Source: a virus. Taken from it: a stretch of DNA of 64,000 nucleotides. Numbering within the stretch: position 1 is the first letter of the stretch; each line of letters starts with the position of its first letter. Both the position numbers and the translations under genes were made by a program. The stretch lies in the IMG/VR virus record IMGVR_UViG_3300025141_015556. One strand, written 5' to 3'. Positions 1 to 10,385 of this stretch are shown one piece after another. The notes beneath the pieces are model-generated. The model ran no database searches. It was not told where the DNA came from and was given only the letters and a program-made list of their open reading frames with translations.

Positions 1-2
1 GT

Positions 3-3000
3 TAAATTAGTTGGGTCTGCGGGGGCTACCGTGGCAGCATTCGCAAAATTAAGTACCGGTGTTTCAAATTTGCTTTGAATAAGCCATGCGGGTTGCTCTT
101 CGCCAGTTTCCGAATTAAATACGGGTACCCTCTGCTTAAGATTAAAACTCTCGGATACTTGCTGTGCAAAATAATACCCAATAGCGTCGGTGTAGTAGCC
201 CGCTTCCATGCTTCTATCATACACTTGTTCTAGATTTGTAAATATATCTTCTAGATCTGCCTTCCCTGTAAACGATGGAGTATAAACAAAATTTACTGTA
301 CCAGTGCCATTAAAATATGCCGGCGTGTGGGGAGCAAAGCTACACGAATGTCCGGTTTCCGAGTCACCGATCGGGATCTCGGCGAGCTGGTCGCCGCGAT
401 CTAGAACAAAGGGCGGCCCAAAGGCGCTTCCCCGCTCATACATTTCGAAACTGCTTCTATCGACATAATCATAGCTGGTCGCGTGCACATCGCTCTGCGT
501 ACCTACTGGATCTAAGGTTCTATACAAAGTGAGAGTCATCGCATATTTATCGCCTTGAGTAACCCCCTCACCACTGGGATCAAAATCATTTTCTCCTACC
601 GATTGAAAAGTGGTTAAATTTTGATTTTGCATGAAGAACTCAGTGACGCCGCATAACCAATTATCAATAGCAAGTTCATAAATCTTGCTTCCAAGGCCGT
701 TCCATATGGTTCCATTGTGAAGATAAGATCCGGCCGCGGCACGAACATTAATACTGTTGCCAGATAAACTAGCCGATCTTAATCCACAATCATAAATTTT
801 TCCTAATTCGGAACCACTAATTGCCTCGGCTTTTAGATGTTCTCTAGGTCTGTATAATGCTTCAAATGAAATTCTTTGAAAATCGTATGCGTTTTGCGAC
901 GCATTTTTATTGCTGTTGCCGCTTAAAACTGAATTGTTGCCATATTGAAATTTGCCCTCTGGTAAATCTAATCCAACGGCCGAATCGACCGCCTGGCCGC
1001 AGTTCGCTATATCCGGCTGTGTACTGGGCTCAGAGGCGGTGCAATACGTTACAAAACTGCCAACTGCAATGCCAGATTTAATGGTATTGTATAAGATTCC
1101 TGGTCCAAAAAGAGGATTCAACATTGCTCTAAATGCGGCCGGGTAATTGCCTGAAACATTATCGCCGTATGATTTTGAAAACAGAGTCGCTAATTCTAAA
1201 GTTCTTTCAACTGGGTAAAATCCCTTATATGGCAAAAATTGCTTGATCGCAGATGCTTCCAAGCGCAATTTGTGTCGTTTAATTGCAGTATTTTCTGTTG
1301 AATTTTTTTCAGCGCCGGGGCCCCGCCATTGCCGTCCATTTACATCTCCATCAATAACACTAAAATATTTAAAGAACTCGGCAGTCCCATAATGTTTATA
1401 AAAATTCTTCTCCGAACTGCTCGACAGAGCCGAGCCAGTCAAGTCAAATACATCATCATAATCGGTAAGCCAGTTTTCTTGGGCTGTGTCAACATAGTCC
1501 TCAATGTGTTCACTAATTCTAAATTCAGGAACTATTGTGTGGTCCTTACCAATAAGGCGCAAATATTGACAATAATCTTCATATGTTCTATAAGGCGCTC
1601 TACCACTTGAAGTAAGATTCCAAGCAGAATCTCCCCCTACAACAGTATTTTCGCCGCGGCTGCCGTTATAACCAACTGGTATTCGACTAGCATATACCGC
1701 ACTAGCGGTTATATCAAGATTGCCAGATAACCCGTACCAAGCGCTATTAGATTGTAATTCGCCGGCCCCATCTTTTATTCCTAATGAAGGAGGGGTGGTT
1801 CTAAAATTGGCATGGCCATCTAGAGGCCAAATACTAGCGCTATCAAGCGAATCCTTAATCGTTGGATGACCCATGGCGGTAGTTAGAGTGGTGGTAGTTC
1901 TGTTTATTCTAAGATCATCCCAAATATTGTCGATAAGATATTGTGTTCTCGCTCGTGTTGTATTTTGATATACATTAACCTCGCGAGGATAAATTCTTTC
2001 TTTATATTCTATTGCCGAATTGTTTGAAATCAAAGTTTTGTTTTTAAACCACTGATATGCAGGACTCAGTTTAATGTCTTTATGTAGATTTAGCCTATTG
2101 TTCAAACTTTCATTAGAAAAATAATCTAAGTTGTTCGCCCATGAGACACGCACATCGACGCCATTATATAAAAATAACACAGGATGATATCTTGACATGA
2201 TTGGCTGCTCGGTGTATCGATAGGCCGCATTGCCCTGTAGAGAGCGTACTGGAACCACTGTTGTTCCATGTTGATGGCTAAATATTCTAGGGTTGGATCT
2301 CACCGATAAAATGTTTCTTTCTCTTTGATATCGCGCGATAGGATGCTCCCCTGTTCTAATTCGTTTCCACATGGGATATTGATATGGTCCATTGCGATGA
2401 AGCATTAGTGCATTAAAATTACTTGCAATGTTGTCAAATCTCACGAAAGCGGTTGCACCAGCATGGGTTGTCGGCCTCAGCGCGACCATGACATTGTTAT
2501 TGGCAACCTCGGCCGCGTTATATCCCAACATATTGCCAGATGGATCTGCAGAACAGCTTATGGGCTCGTATACAATCAGGTTTAAGCCGACAAAATCGCG
2601 CGCGATACCCGGCATCGACTCGTCGGAGATCTCATGCGGCGCAATACCAGACGCACTCATAAGTGGCATGCTCGTAGGAAGACCAGCGCTTAATTCGGTG
2701 TATCCGAATAAAACAGCGCTAGCGGTCAAAGAAGAGGTAACCCAATGATATTGCCTTGCCGATTGTGGTATCGGATGTTGAATCCAACCGTTATCTTGAA
2801 CTGAGGCGGTTATAACATCGTTTGTGAGTGCGTCATAATATGTTAGTGGATCATTAGTAAACTCTAATCGAAGTTTTGTGTTACGTTGAATCTTGTGGTA
2901 TGAAGGATTAGATGATACATCCGGATGGGGATGGGCTTTAGTGCCGCGGCCATATAAATCATCCGGAGTGGGCGTAAATACCGGATCGCCGCCAAAGCGC

Positions 3001-6000
3001 GTTGAATGAAGACTAAGTAGCGTTCTAAGCCCTCTCCAGTGGTTCCCTTGATCTTGTGCCTCCATGGCGGTCCATGTTTCCTCTGAACCGCTAGTCATAC
3101 TAAATCCAATTAATCCTCTAACAGATAGATTTCTATAATTCAAGTTGTTATAGACGCTAAATTCTTCATGAGGCGGATCCAAATATCCCCTTGATTGTAC
3201 TTCAGGCGCCGCGGGCGATATAAATCTATTAACTATGATCGTTTTATTAGAATCGCTTCCCGTTCTTTCCGGTAGTTCATAATTTAAAGCACCACTGACA
3301 TTCGATGCAGCAACCCTGCCGCTGGTGCCCGCTTCAATAAGATTATTTCCTGTAAGAGGGAATCTGCCCCTTGTGGCCGTTGTTTCAGGGTTGATGGCAA
3401 AATCAAATGATTGATCCTGCCAAAATGGATCGTTTGAAGTTCTTCCGCAAGATTGTATAATTTCATAATTATGTGTATAGTTGCCTAAAACACTAGAACC
3501 GGTAGTGGATTGAATATTTTTAATATTAACCGGCCTCTTTGCCATCACTTCTCGATATCTATTTCCTTTCGGGCGGTCATACCTATATGGCGGCCTGTTT
3601 GGCTGAAGATCGCCACGTCGGGTGGTTGTGTCAATATCATCGACTTCAGGATATCGAGGGCCCACAATGCCCAAAGCGCCAGTCGTCGTCCAATCCGGTC
3701 TGGGACGCAGATCGAAATCAATGCCACAGAGAATTTTAAACCCTTCTGGCCTATCATCAGGAGAATCTAAATTATTGGGCCCACTTTTATCTGAATCATA
3801 TTTGTTTAATTCAACGTGCCTGTATTCCCTACCGCCTACCCAATGAGAAGTGAAGGGACTTTGTATCGGGGCTTCATAAAATTCTCCATATGTATCGCTA
3901 TGTAAATTGGTGACCATAACGCCTGAAGCAAAATTGTGAGCAATCTCGTGGTTATAACCGGTTTCCACAGACGAGCTATATAAACTAAATGGAGCAATAT
4001 TATTACCATCTGCGGTCAAATAATCATCATCTCCGGGTCGATTAATTTTTGCGTTCAGCTTAAACCCTAGACGCTGTTTCCTGTCCGGGTATACTACGTC
4101 AAGGGTCGGACGGAGTTGCTCGACTTCATCACCAAACGCCAACGCTATATTAGCAGGAATGTTGAAGCTCGGGTCAAGATCCATCAACGGGCCATCCGGG
4201 TGAGTTACAGAAAAAATAATATCTTTTCTTTTGCTCGTGTGATAATTCACTCCATGAATAACTGGCATTTCAGAAATAGAAAGCCTAAAAATGCTAGTTT
4301 GTTCTCGCCTGAAGCCGCCGGAAACTGCCGGGTACACGCCTTCGTCTGTACTGTTTCGCAGGATCTCTCGATATTTGTTAATTGTTGTTACGCCACCAAA
4401 ACATGTATCAGTCCTTATTGCACTGTCTTTCCACCAATCGTAGTTTGCTTTTTGCAAATCGGTGCAATCAACACTACTTACAGATTTGCCTAATTCGTCA
4501 GCTATTTCTTCCGCGACAGGCGCATGTTTAAAAAGCCACCCGCCCATGCGATCCTGGTCTGTCGGTATTATTCTGCCGGTTGGGGCCGCGGCATCGGCCA
4601 TCGCGGCACCCCCAGCGGCGGGCGCTAGCGTCAATGGCAACCATGCCTGAGCCATGCCTGCCGCAAGAGGATCTGGATCTTTAAAATCAGACATGGGGGC
4701 TTTGAATTGATATTTGTTTCTTTCTAAAACATGGCTTTCAATCATTGTATGAACTGATTCCGCCACATCTGCAGACGCCGGAACTAGTTGCTGCAGCATA
4801 ATTGATAAAGAACTATCGAACCATTTATAAAACTCATAGAACTTATCAAAATCGATTGTGTCGTTCTGGACACGTTCAAAAAACTTTTGGCGTGCGTGCG
4901 CCATCAATTTATAATCTTGTCGACGTTTATTGACCGGCTGACCAATTAAATTATGAATATCATGAATTGTGGCAAAATAATTCATTATTTCTTCTGAGAT
5001 ACTTTGATACAAGCTTTTTTCAAACGCGAAAGAATAATTTACTGGTCGAGTGCCCCTTATAAAAATATCTCTTTCGGTCCCGTCATAAACCGTAATCATA
5101 TCTTCTGATTGTAGGCTCTCCGGTAAATTTTGTCTAGAAATGCTAATGAATTCTTTATCTATGGCTTTTGTATCATCGGCAGCAAAACCATATCCTAGGC
5201 CCGGGTGCTTCCTGTTCAATATTGGGCCAAGCCAACCAAATTTGCTTGAACCAGGGCTCAGATCTGTACCCAGATTTGGGGCTCCATACATGTCGGTGGC
5301 CAGTGAGGGCTCGCCACCAACATAAGAACCAGAAGAAGCATCAACTACGGTAAATTCGCCATCGGCGTTGGAGCCGGTATTTTGATTAAAATCCCAATTT
5401 AATATTAAAGTATCTTGGGATAGAACCTCGCCAAAAGATGCAGACGGCAAGAATGGAAAAGCATTTTCATTTGTTCTATAGGTTCCGAAATCAAGAATAT
5501 TTTTAGCATGCGCTCTTTGGGCCTTTTCATTTATATCATCGAGCCATACTCTTAGCGATCCCACCTTTACATCAGAATTGTGTATCAGACTGCCAGTAAA
5601 ATTATTTCTATGAGCTCCAACAAAAAATCTTCGGGAGCCGGTTAAAAAGAGGGCGCCCGATAGGGGTGCTTGGGGTATCACCGCCGCGAGGCGGCTTGCG
5701 GCGGCCATATCATAAGCGTTCCCGCTAACAGAAAACTCATTTACAATGACGCCGCCTTCCATATTAATGCCGCGGAATTCTACAATGTAGTCATTTCCTT
5801 TGGTTCCGTTGGTAAAGCCGAGGGCGCCAGTTACAAGACCAACATAAGGATATTTTTCAGGCCGAACTCTTACAACGAAATTCCAATTACTATTATCGTA
5901 TACATCTGTAAACAATGAACTTGTTAATTCATTAACTTCCGTGGTCTCGTTTAGAGGAAGAAATGAAAGGCCATCGGCGGCGGTTCCAGATCTGATTAAT

Positions 6001-8315
6001 TTAAATTTGGCGTCAGCGCTCCCTAACTCGTCTCGACATGCCACTACTTGGAAATTTCCCGCATCCTGTATAGCGAATGTTGAATCCCAATGTTGATGTG
6101 AGGAACTGTGCACCCCAAAGATAGAAGCTGTTAAAAATTCTTTGTTTATAAAATGTTTTGAAATCCTATCTAACTTTGGTGGAAAAACAACATTAGCCTC
6201 AACAGTAAAGGCAAACCCGCTGGTTAAATTTGTGCTCCCGCTTATATAACTTGAAGATTGAAATACAGTCGCCTCAACAGAGCTTGATCTATTAAAATCA
6301 ACAAACCTTTTTGGTATAACTCGACTTGTCGCATTGTTTTGGAGTTCATATTCAATATTGTTAGCATACATATTAAACTTGATGAGCTCCTCATCAACAC
6401 CAAAACAACGAATTAGATTTCTAAAAGACTTTTCAGTGCCTTTAGATTTATAAATAAATGATAAATTATTATAGATGTTTTGATAAATTGTATTTTTAAC
6501 ATCAACCAACGATTTTTCGTATAGTCTCTCCTCCGAGCGATCCGCCAATTTTTCTATTATATCCGCATCAAGAAATATTTCCGGCGAGATTAAACCCGCA
6601 GATTCTAAAAGCCTATTTGCAAAAGTTAAAGGTTTATTGGTGCCGCTGGGGTATTGCACATCTTTTAGTTTATTTAGGGCCTCAATTTGAAGATGCAGGG
6701 AATCTAAATAGCTGCCCATTATCTGCGTTAATTTATGCAAATTTTTGGAACCCTCTTGGTCCTCTTCGGTAACCCAAGTCGGCATCGTATTATAAAGAGC
6801 CGCATTGTTGTTGACATCGTGATATGACCCAGAACCTTGTAGTTCGTTAGCCAGAGTTATAACGTCTGGATGAAACGAATAGATGATTGGATCTAAAAAC
6901 TCTTTTATAGCAGCAGAGGCTGAAACTATTGCCGACCCTGTGTTTCTAGAGTTGGAAGTGTATCCGGTCCAGGAGCCGTTTGTTACTCTTCCAGAAAAGT
7001 CTAGCACCGTATTATCAACAGAGCTTGTCCCAGTAATTCCTTCGTTGAATTTATAATAGACACCCAGCGTAGTATTGGCCAAGTTTAATGAAGAGCTATT
7101 TCCAGGAATGGGGTCTGAATTTGTGCCCCCTCCGACTTGATCGATCCAATGGCGCCCAATGTCTTTAGAACTTCTTTGGGTTTTCCAGTACCTGAATTCA
7201 TCCAAAGAAGCAGACAGTTTGCCAGAGCCGGCTTCGCCCCAAGAAGCCAAACGAGCCCCTCCAGAGGGAGCCGTCACCAGGGCCCCAATTCTTGCTTGCA
7301 TGGAACCAGTAATATTTTCAACTGGCGCTGAAGAACTAAATACCGCTTCGTTGTTTAATACACCATCAACATAAAATCTGCTTATCGTGCCCTGGACGAG
7401 AGCGGTCGTAGAGGCTGATAGAAAAGAGAATGCATAGTGGTGCCAATTACCATCGGCTATGGAGGCGCTCGTGAACGCTTGTCTTGCGCCGCCGCTCACC
7501 GGTACAGTACCAGTAAGCGGATTGGCCCATTGAAATCCACTAGTGCCCGATACAAGAGTTACTGTAAACCCTCCGTCAGTATTCCCCAACACATCTGGTG
7601 CATGCGATGCGGTTAATTCAATTCTAAACCTTCCATAGCCTGTGCTGCCGGAGTGTTCGCCGTTCCAAAGATCAAAAATTACTTCTTTTTTAGTTACTTG
7701 CGCGTCACCTAGAGTATTAAAATCTAGAAATCGATCTTTTTTCAACCAAAATTCTACCGTTACGCCTTTGTCTGCAATGTCCAAAGCAAGATTGTCAGTA
7801 CGATTGCTTGCGGTATGATAGTAATTTGAGCCCGTAAACTGTATGGAATAATCTCCCATCCCATTTGGATTGGTGTGGGGTCCTCCATAAAAAGAAATAT
7901 ATTCTTCGGTAGTTGGTAGGCCATATCCTTCAGAGGTCATCGAGCCGTTTAAGACGCCCCACCCATCCGCAGAAAGAGTTGCATATCCGTTCGTGCGAGG
8001 ATATCTATTTTCATATAAGTAAAGATCAACATAAGAGGAACTATTTTCCCACTCTAAACGTTCTTTTAACGAGCCGTCATATGGATAAGTTTTATATATT
8101 CTTTTTATTGCTTGATCATAGTATTCTTCTGCAGATCCATATTTTGCAAAATTAGCAGGGTCTGAAAAGTCTATGGTGGGAATAAATCGATTGTCTTTGA
8201 TGACGTCTTGTTCGTGATAACCAACAGATTCTACTTCTTCGGCTATTTGGTCGGCGCTAACATCGGCTAGCACCTTTGCTTTTTGCATTTGGTCAAAAAG
8301 TTCACGTAATGACAT
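3..8315 (-). CDS. Giant virion structural protein (>2,770 aa, runs off the left edge) with LamG/concanavalin-like domains and a baseplate wedge/tail-protein-I-like segment
   Basis: Absent from the ORF track, consistent with no in-frame stop inside the window. Manual translation from ATG at 8315 gives MSLRELFDQMQKAKVLADVS...FIPTIDFSDPANFAKYGSAEEYY...YPYDGS. LamG-like motifs GVTVEFWLK, WHHYAFSF, FYVDG, LDEFRYW; segment IYNNLSFIYKSKGTEKSFRNLIRCFG. The same frame is open at the window start (WLIQSKFETPVLNF). Lies directly downstream of baseplate genes. Confidence 0.85.
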   Translation of the reverse strand, partial: MSLRELFDQMQKAKVLADVSADQIAEEVESVGYHEQDVIKDNRFIPTIDFSDPANFAKYGSAEEYYDQAIKRIYKTYPYDGSLKERLEWENSSSYVDLYLYENRYPRTNGYATLSADGWGVLNGSMTSEGYGLPTTEEYISFYGGPHTNPNGMGDYSIQFTGSNYYHTASNRTDNLALDIADKGVTVEFWLKKDRFLDFNTLGDAQVTKKEVIFDLWNGEHSGSTGYGRFRIELTASHAPDVLGNTDGGFTVTLVSGTSGFQWANPLTGTVPVSGGARQAFTSASIADGNWHHYAFSFLSASTTALVQGTISRFYVDGVLNNEAVFSSSAPVENITGSMQARIGALVTAPSGGARLASWGEAGSGKLSASLDEFRYWKTQRSSKDIGRHWIDQVGGGTNSDPIPGNSSSLNLANTTLGVYYKFNEGITGTSSVDNTVLDFSGRVTNGSWTGYTSNSRNTGSAIVSASAAIKEFLDPIIYSFHPDVITLANELQGSGSYHDVNNNAALYNTMPTWVTEEDQEGSKNLHKLTQIMGSYLDSLHLQIEALNKLKDVQYPSGTNKPLTFANRLLESAGLISPEIFLDADIIEKLADRSEERLYEKSLVDVKNTIYQNIYNNLSFIYKSKGTEKSFRNLIRCFGVDEELIKFNMYANNIEYELQNNATSRVIPKRFVDFNRSSSVEATVFQSSSYISGSTNLTSGFAFTVEANVVFPPKLDRISKHFINKEFLTASIFGVHSSSHQHWDSTFAIQDAGNFQVVACRDELGSADAKFKLIRSGTAADGLSFLPLNETTEVNELTSSLFTDVYDNSNWNFVVRVRPEKYPYVGLVTGALGFTNGTKGNDYIVEFRGINMEGGVIVNEFSVSGNAYDMAAASRLAAVIPQAPLSGALFLTGSRRFFVGAHRNNFTGSLIHNSDVKVGSLRVWLDDINEKAQRAHAKNILDFGTYRTNENAFPFLPSASFGEVLSQDTLILNWDFNQNTGSNADGEFTVVDASSGSYVGGEPSLATDMYGAPNLGTDLSPGSSKFGWLGPILNRKHPGLGYGFAADDTKAIDKEFISISRQNLPESLQSEDMITVYDGTERDIFIRGTRPVNYSFAFEKSLYQSISEEIMNYFATIHDIHNLIGQPVNKRRQDYKLMAHARQKFFERVQNDTIDFDKFYEFYKWFDSSLSIMLQQLVPASADVAESVHTMIESHVLERNKYQFKAPMSDFKDPDPLAAGMAQAWLPLTLAPAAGGAAMADAAAPTGRIIPTDQDRMGGWLFKHAPVAEEIADELGKSVSSVDCTDLQKANYDWWKDSAIRTDTCFGGVTTINKYREILRNSTDEGVYPAVSGGFRREQTSIFRLSISEMPVIHGVNYHTSKRKDIIFSVTHPDGPLMDLDPSFNIPANIALAFGDEVEQLRPTLDVVYPDRKQRLGFKLNAKINRPGDDDYLTADGNNIAPFSLYSSSVETGYNHEIAHNFASGVMVTNLHSDTYGEFYEAPIQSPFTSHWVGGREYRHVELNKYDSDKSGPNNLDSPDDRPEGFKILCGIDFDLRPRPDWTTTGALGIVGPRYPEVDDIDTTTRRGDLQPNRPPYRYDRPKGNRYREVMAKRPVNIKNIQSTTGSSVLGNYTHNYEIIQSCGRTSNDPFWQDQSFDFAINPETTATRGRFPLTGNNLIEAGTSGRVAASNVSGALNYELPERTGSDSNKTIIVNRFISPAAPEVQSRGYLDPPHEEFSVYNNLNYRNLSVRGLIGFSMTSGSEETWTAMEAQDQGNHWRGLRTLLSLHSTRFGGDPVFTPTPDDLYGRGTKAHPHPDVSSNPSYHKIQRNTKLRLEFTNDPLTYYDALTNDVITASVQDNGWIQHPIPQSARQYHWVTSSLTASAVLFGYTELSAGLPTSMPLMSASGIAPHEISDESMPGIARDFVGLNLIVYEPISCSADPSGNMLGYNAAEVANNNVMVALRPTTHAGATAFVRFDNIASNFNALMLHRNGPYQYPMWKRIRTGEHPIARYQRERNILSVRSNPRIFSHQHGTTVVPVRSLQGNAAYRYTEQPIMSRYHPVLFLYNGVDVRVSWANNLDYFSNESLNNRLNLHKDIKLSPAYQWFKNKTLISNNSAIEYKERIYPREVNVYQNTTRARTQYLIDNIWDDLRINRTTTTLTTAMGHPTIKDSLDSASIWPLDGHANFRTTPPSLGIKDGAGELQSNSAWYGLSGNLDITASAVYASRIPVGYNGSRGENTVVGGDSAWNLTSSGRAPYRTYEDYCQYLRLIGKDHTIVPEFRISEHIEDYVDTAQENWLTDYDDVFDLTGSALSSSSEKNFYKHYGTAEFFKYFSVIDGDVNGRQWRGPGAEKNSTENTAIKRHKLRLEASAIKQFLPYKGFYPVERTLELATLFSKSYGDNVSGNYPAAFRAMLNPLFGPGILYNTIKSGIAVGSFVTYCTASEPSTQPDIANCGQAVDSAVGLDLPEGKFQYGNNSVLSGNSNKNASQNAYDFQRISFEALYRPREHLKAEAISGSELGKIYDCGLRSASLSGNSINVRAAAGSYLHNGTIWNGLGSKIYELAIDNWLCGVTEFFMQNQNLTTFQSVGENDFDPSGEGVTQGDKYAMTLTLYRTLDPVGTQSDVHATSYDYVDRSSFEMYERGSAFGPPFVLDRGDQLAEIPIGDSETGHSCSFAPHTPAYFNGTGTVNFVYTPSFTGKADLEDIFTNLEQVYDRSMEAGYYTDAIGYYFAQQVSESFNLKQRVPVFNSETGEEQPAWLIQSKFETPVLNFANAATVAPADPTNL

Positions 8316-8318
8316 TTT

Positions 8319-10385
8319 TTATTCTACTACTCTAAATTTAAACTCTTCTGGTTGTTCAACCCAAGAACCGATTGACGGATTGTAATAGCTAACCCTTATG
8401 CCATAGCTATAATCAGATTCTAGAAGATTAATATCTAGATCGAAATAATTGCCAGAAAGATCATGTGATAAATAAGTAGAATATTTACTACCGGTTCCAT
8501 ATGGCACCACAAACAAGTCATCAGTGGTCCTCATTATTTTATAAGACGCACTTATTATTGTTTTACTAGGCGTCGTAGCAGTTGCAACATTATAAATGGT
8601 AGGATTCCAATTTTTCTCTCTAACAAAAAATCGAAACCGAGCTGTATCTTTTCTAGAATACTCAGCCCTAAGATTGGTAATATTGGTTACGTATTCAAAT
8701 GTAGGGGCGATGGTGTGCGCAATTCTCTCTTTTGGTTCAAACGAGCTTGTGAGATAGCGTATGGCCTGTGAAGTGCCAGTATGCCATACATCAAAAACAG
8801 TTGTTAATGTTTCGCCGACCGTTAATGAATGCCCCCCCGTCAGAGCAAAACTGGCTGAATATACACCTGTCGACATGCGATTGCCTGTAATATTAGTGTC
8901 GCCGGCAGCGACGACGCCGCCGCCTATGGGCAAATTCAAAGCATCACCGGCGGGAGTAGAAGAGCCAGAATACAAGCTTACAAATATTTTATTTGTGGAT
9001 CCGAGCGTTGGAATATCCACTAAGCGGCCATTTACATAATTATACAAATATATTGAATTTAAATTATCAACGGCGGGTACTAATGCACTACTAAGAAATG
9101 TATTGCCGCGATCATCTTCTGTTCTGCTATCCCACCTAGCTTCAATTACCGGCCTTTTAAAGAAAAATTCCGTCGACCTGGAGAAGAACTTTTTGGTATA
9201 ATATGAAACGCTTCCTGATTCCAGCGACTCTATAAGCTTTATTCCTAAACCATAATTAGCATATCCCTCGCCCGGCGCCCCGCCCCACGCTCCAGAAAAC
9301 CAATGTTCCATAAGCCCGGTTATATCAATCTCTAAATCTTCATATCCTTTTGAAAAGCTAGCAGTGTAACTAAAATCAGTGGAAGATGTGTGGTATGAGC
9401 CGCCCGCTTGCCATGTGCCCCTATCGCCCGAAGACGAAAGTCCCGCGACAGTAAGATACTGTATTTGATTATAAGGCTGGCCTTCCGAGTCGGCCGAAAT
9501 GCCATGGCCGCCTGACTTTTGAATAAGATTGTTTGGGTCTTCACTAACCCAGCCAGAAAATACAGAAGAAGTGATCGCAACCCTGGGGCCATCAAGTGAT
9601 TGACTAGTAACAGTAAAATGGCCATCGGCGTGAGTATCACTAAACGCTTGAGGATAAGTACTAGCAGCATAATCTACCATACTCGCGGAAAACATTGCTC
9701 CGGAGAGAGCGTGGAAAAATTGGTCCGCAGTCCCCCCGGCAGCACCTGAAACAAAAATCGCATCCGTATCGCATCGTCCATCGTTTGAGGCGGTACCGAT
9801 TTGAAATTTGAAAACATGGCCATCGGCGCCGGTAACAAATATTTTTGATAATTCGCCAAAATTATTGGTAGCGTGCCCCTGTAAGGAACCAGAGGAAGTA
9901 TTACCCTTTTGGGGATCTGCCACGAACGATGCTTTGCGGCCTCTTCTCATCCAGTTGGAACCCGATTCGTTGTAAGTTAAATCGGTATAGTTATCCATAT
10001 CAAGTCCGGGGCCCTCTTGCCAGGAGGCAGAAACCGGCAAAAAAACTAATTGAAAATCTTGAGGTAGCGTAAATGGATGTTCGGCATTAAACATTTTAAG
10101 ATGGAAAGTAACGCTACCACTTGGAGGGATGCTTCCGGACGTACGACTAGCAGATATTTCTGTTGTCGGAAATTTAATAAGAATCCGGGACAATTCTCGA
10201 CTATTTCCAGCGCCGAGGCCTAGGCTATCATTAGTCGAAGAAGCAGACGCCTGTGCGTAAAGCATAAACACTTCTAAAGAATCGGCGGCGCCCATATTCG
10301 AGCCAGTGCCTCTGGTAACCAAATTTGGCTCAAACGCGTTGGTTACAGTATTATCGGCATCAGCAACCCATCTTTTAATACCCAT
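8319..10385 (-). CDS. Virion structural/baseplate-associated protein, 688 aa, beta-rich, possible DNRLRE-like carbohydrate-binding N-terminus
   Basis: Long S/T/G-rich ORF; SRILIKF...FHLKMFNA...VSASWQEG pattern; lies between the wedge gene and the giant structural gene. Confidence 0.6.
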   Translation of the reverse strand: MGIKRWVADADNTVTNAFEPNLVTRGTGSNMGAADSLEVFMLYAQASASSTNDSLGLGAGNSRELSRILIKFPTTEISASRTSGSIPPSGSVTFHLKMFNAEHPFTLPQDFQLVFLPVSASWQEGPGLDMDNYTDLTYNESGSNWMRRGRKASFVADPQKGNTSSGSLQGHATNNFGELSKIFVTGADGHVFKFQIGTASNDGRCDTDAIFVSGAAGGTADQFFHALSGAMFSASMVDYAASTYPQAFSDTHADGHFTVTSQSLDGPRVAITSSVFSGWVSEDPNNLIQKSGGHGISADSEGQPYNQIQYLTVAGLSSSGDRGTWQAGGSYHTSSTDFSYTASFSKGYEDLEIDITGLMEHWFSGAWGGAPGEGYANYGLGIKLIESLESGSVSYYTKKFFSRSTEFFFKRPVIEARWDSRTEDDRGNTFLSSALVPAVDNLNSIYLYNYVNGRLVDIPTLGSTNKIFVSLYSGSSTPAGDALNLPIGGGVVAAGDTNITGNRMSTGVYSASFALTGGHSLTVGETLTTVFDVWHTGTSQAIRYLTSSFEPKERIAHTIAPTFEYVTNITNLRAEYSRKDTARFRFFVREKNWNPTIYNVATATTPSKTIISASYKIMRTTDDLFVVPYGTGSKYSTYLSHDLSGNYFDLDINLLESDYSYGIRVSYYNPSIGSWVEQPEEFKFRVVE

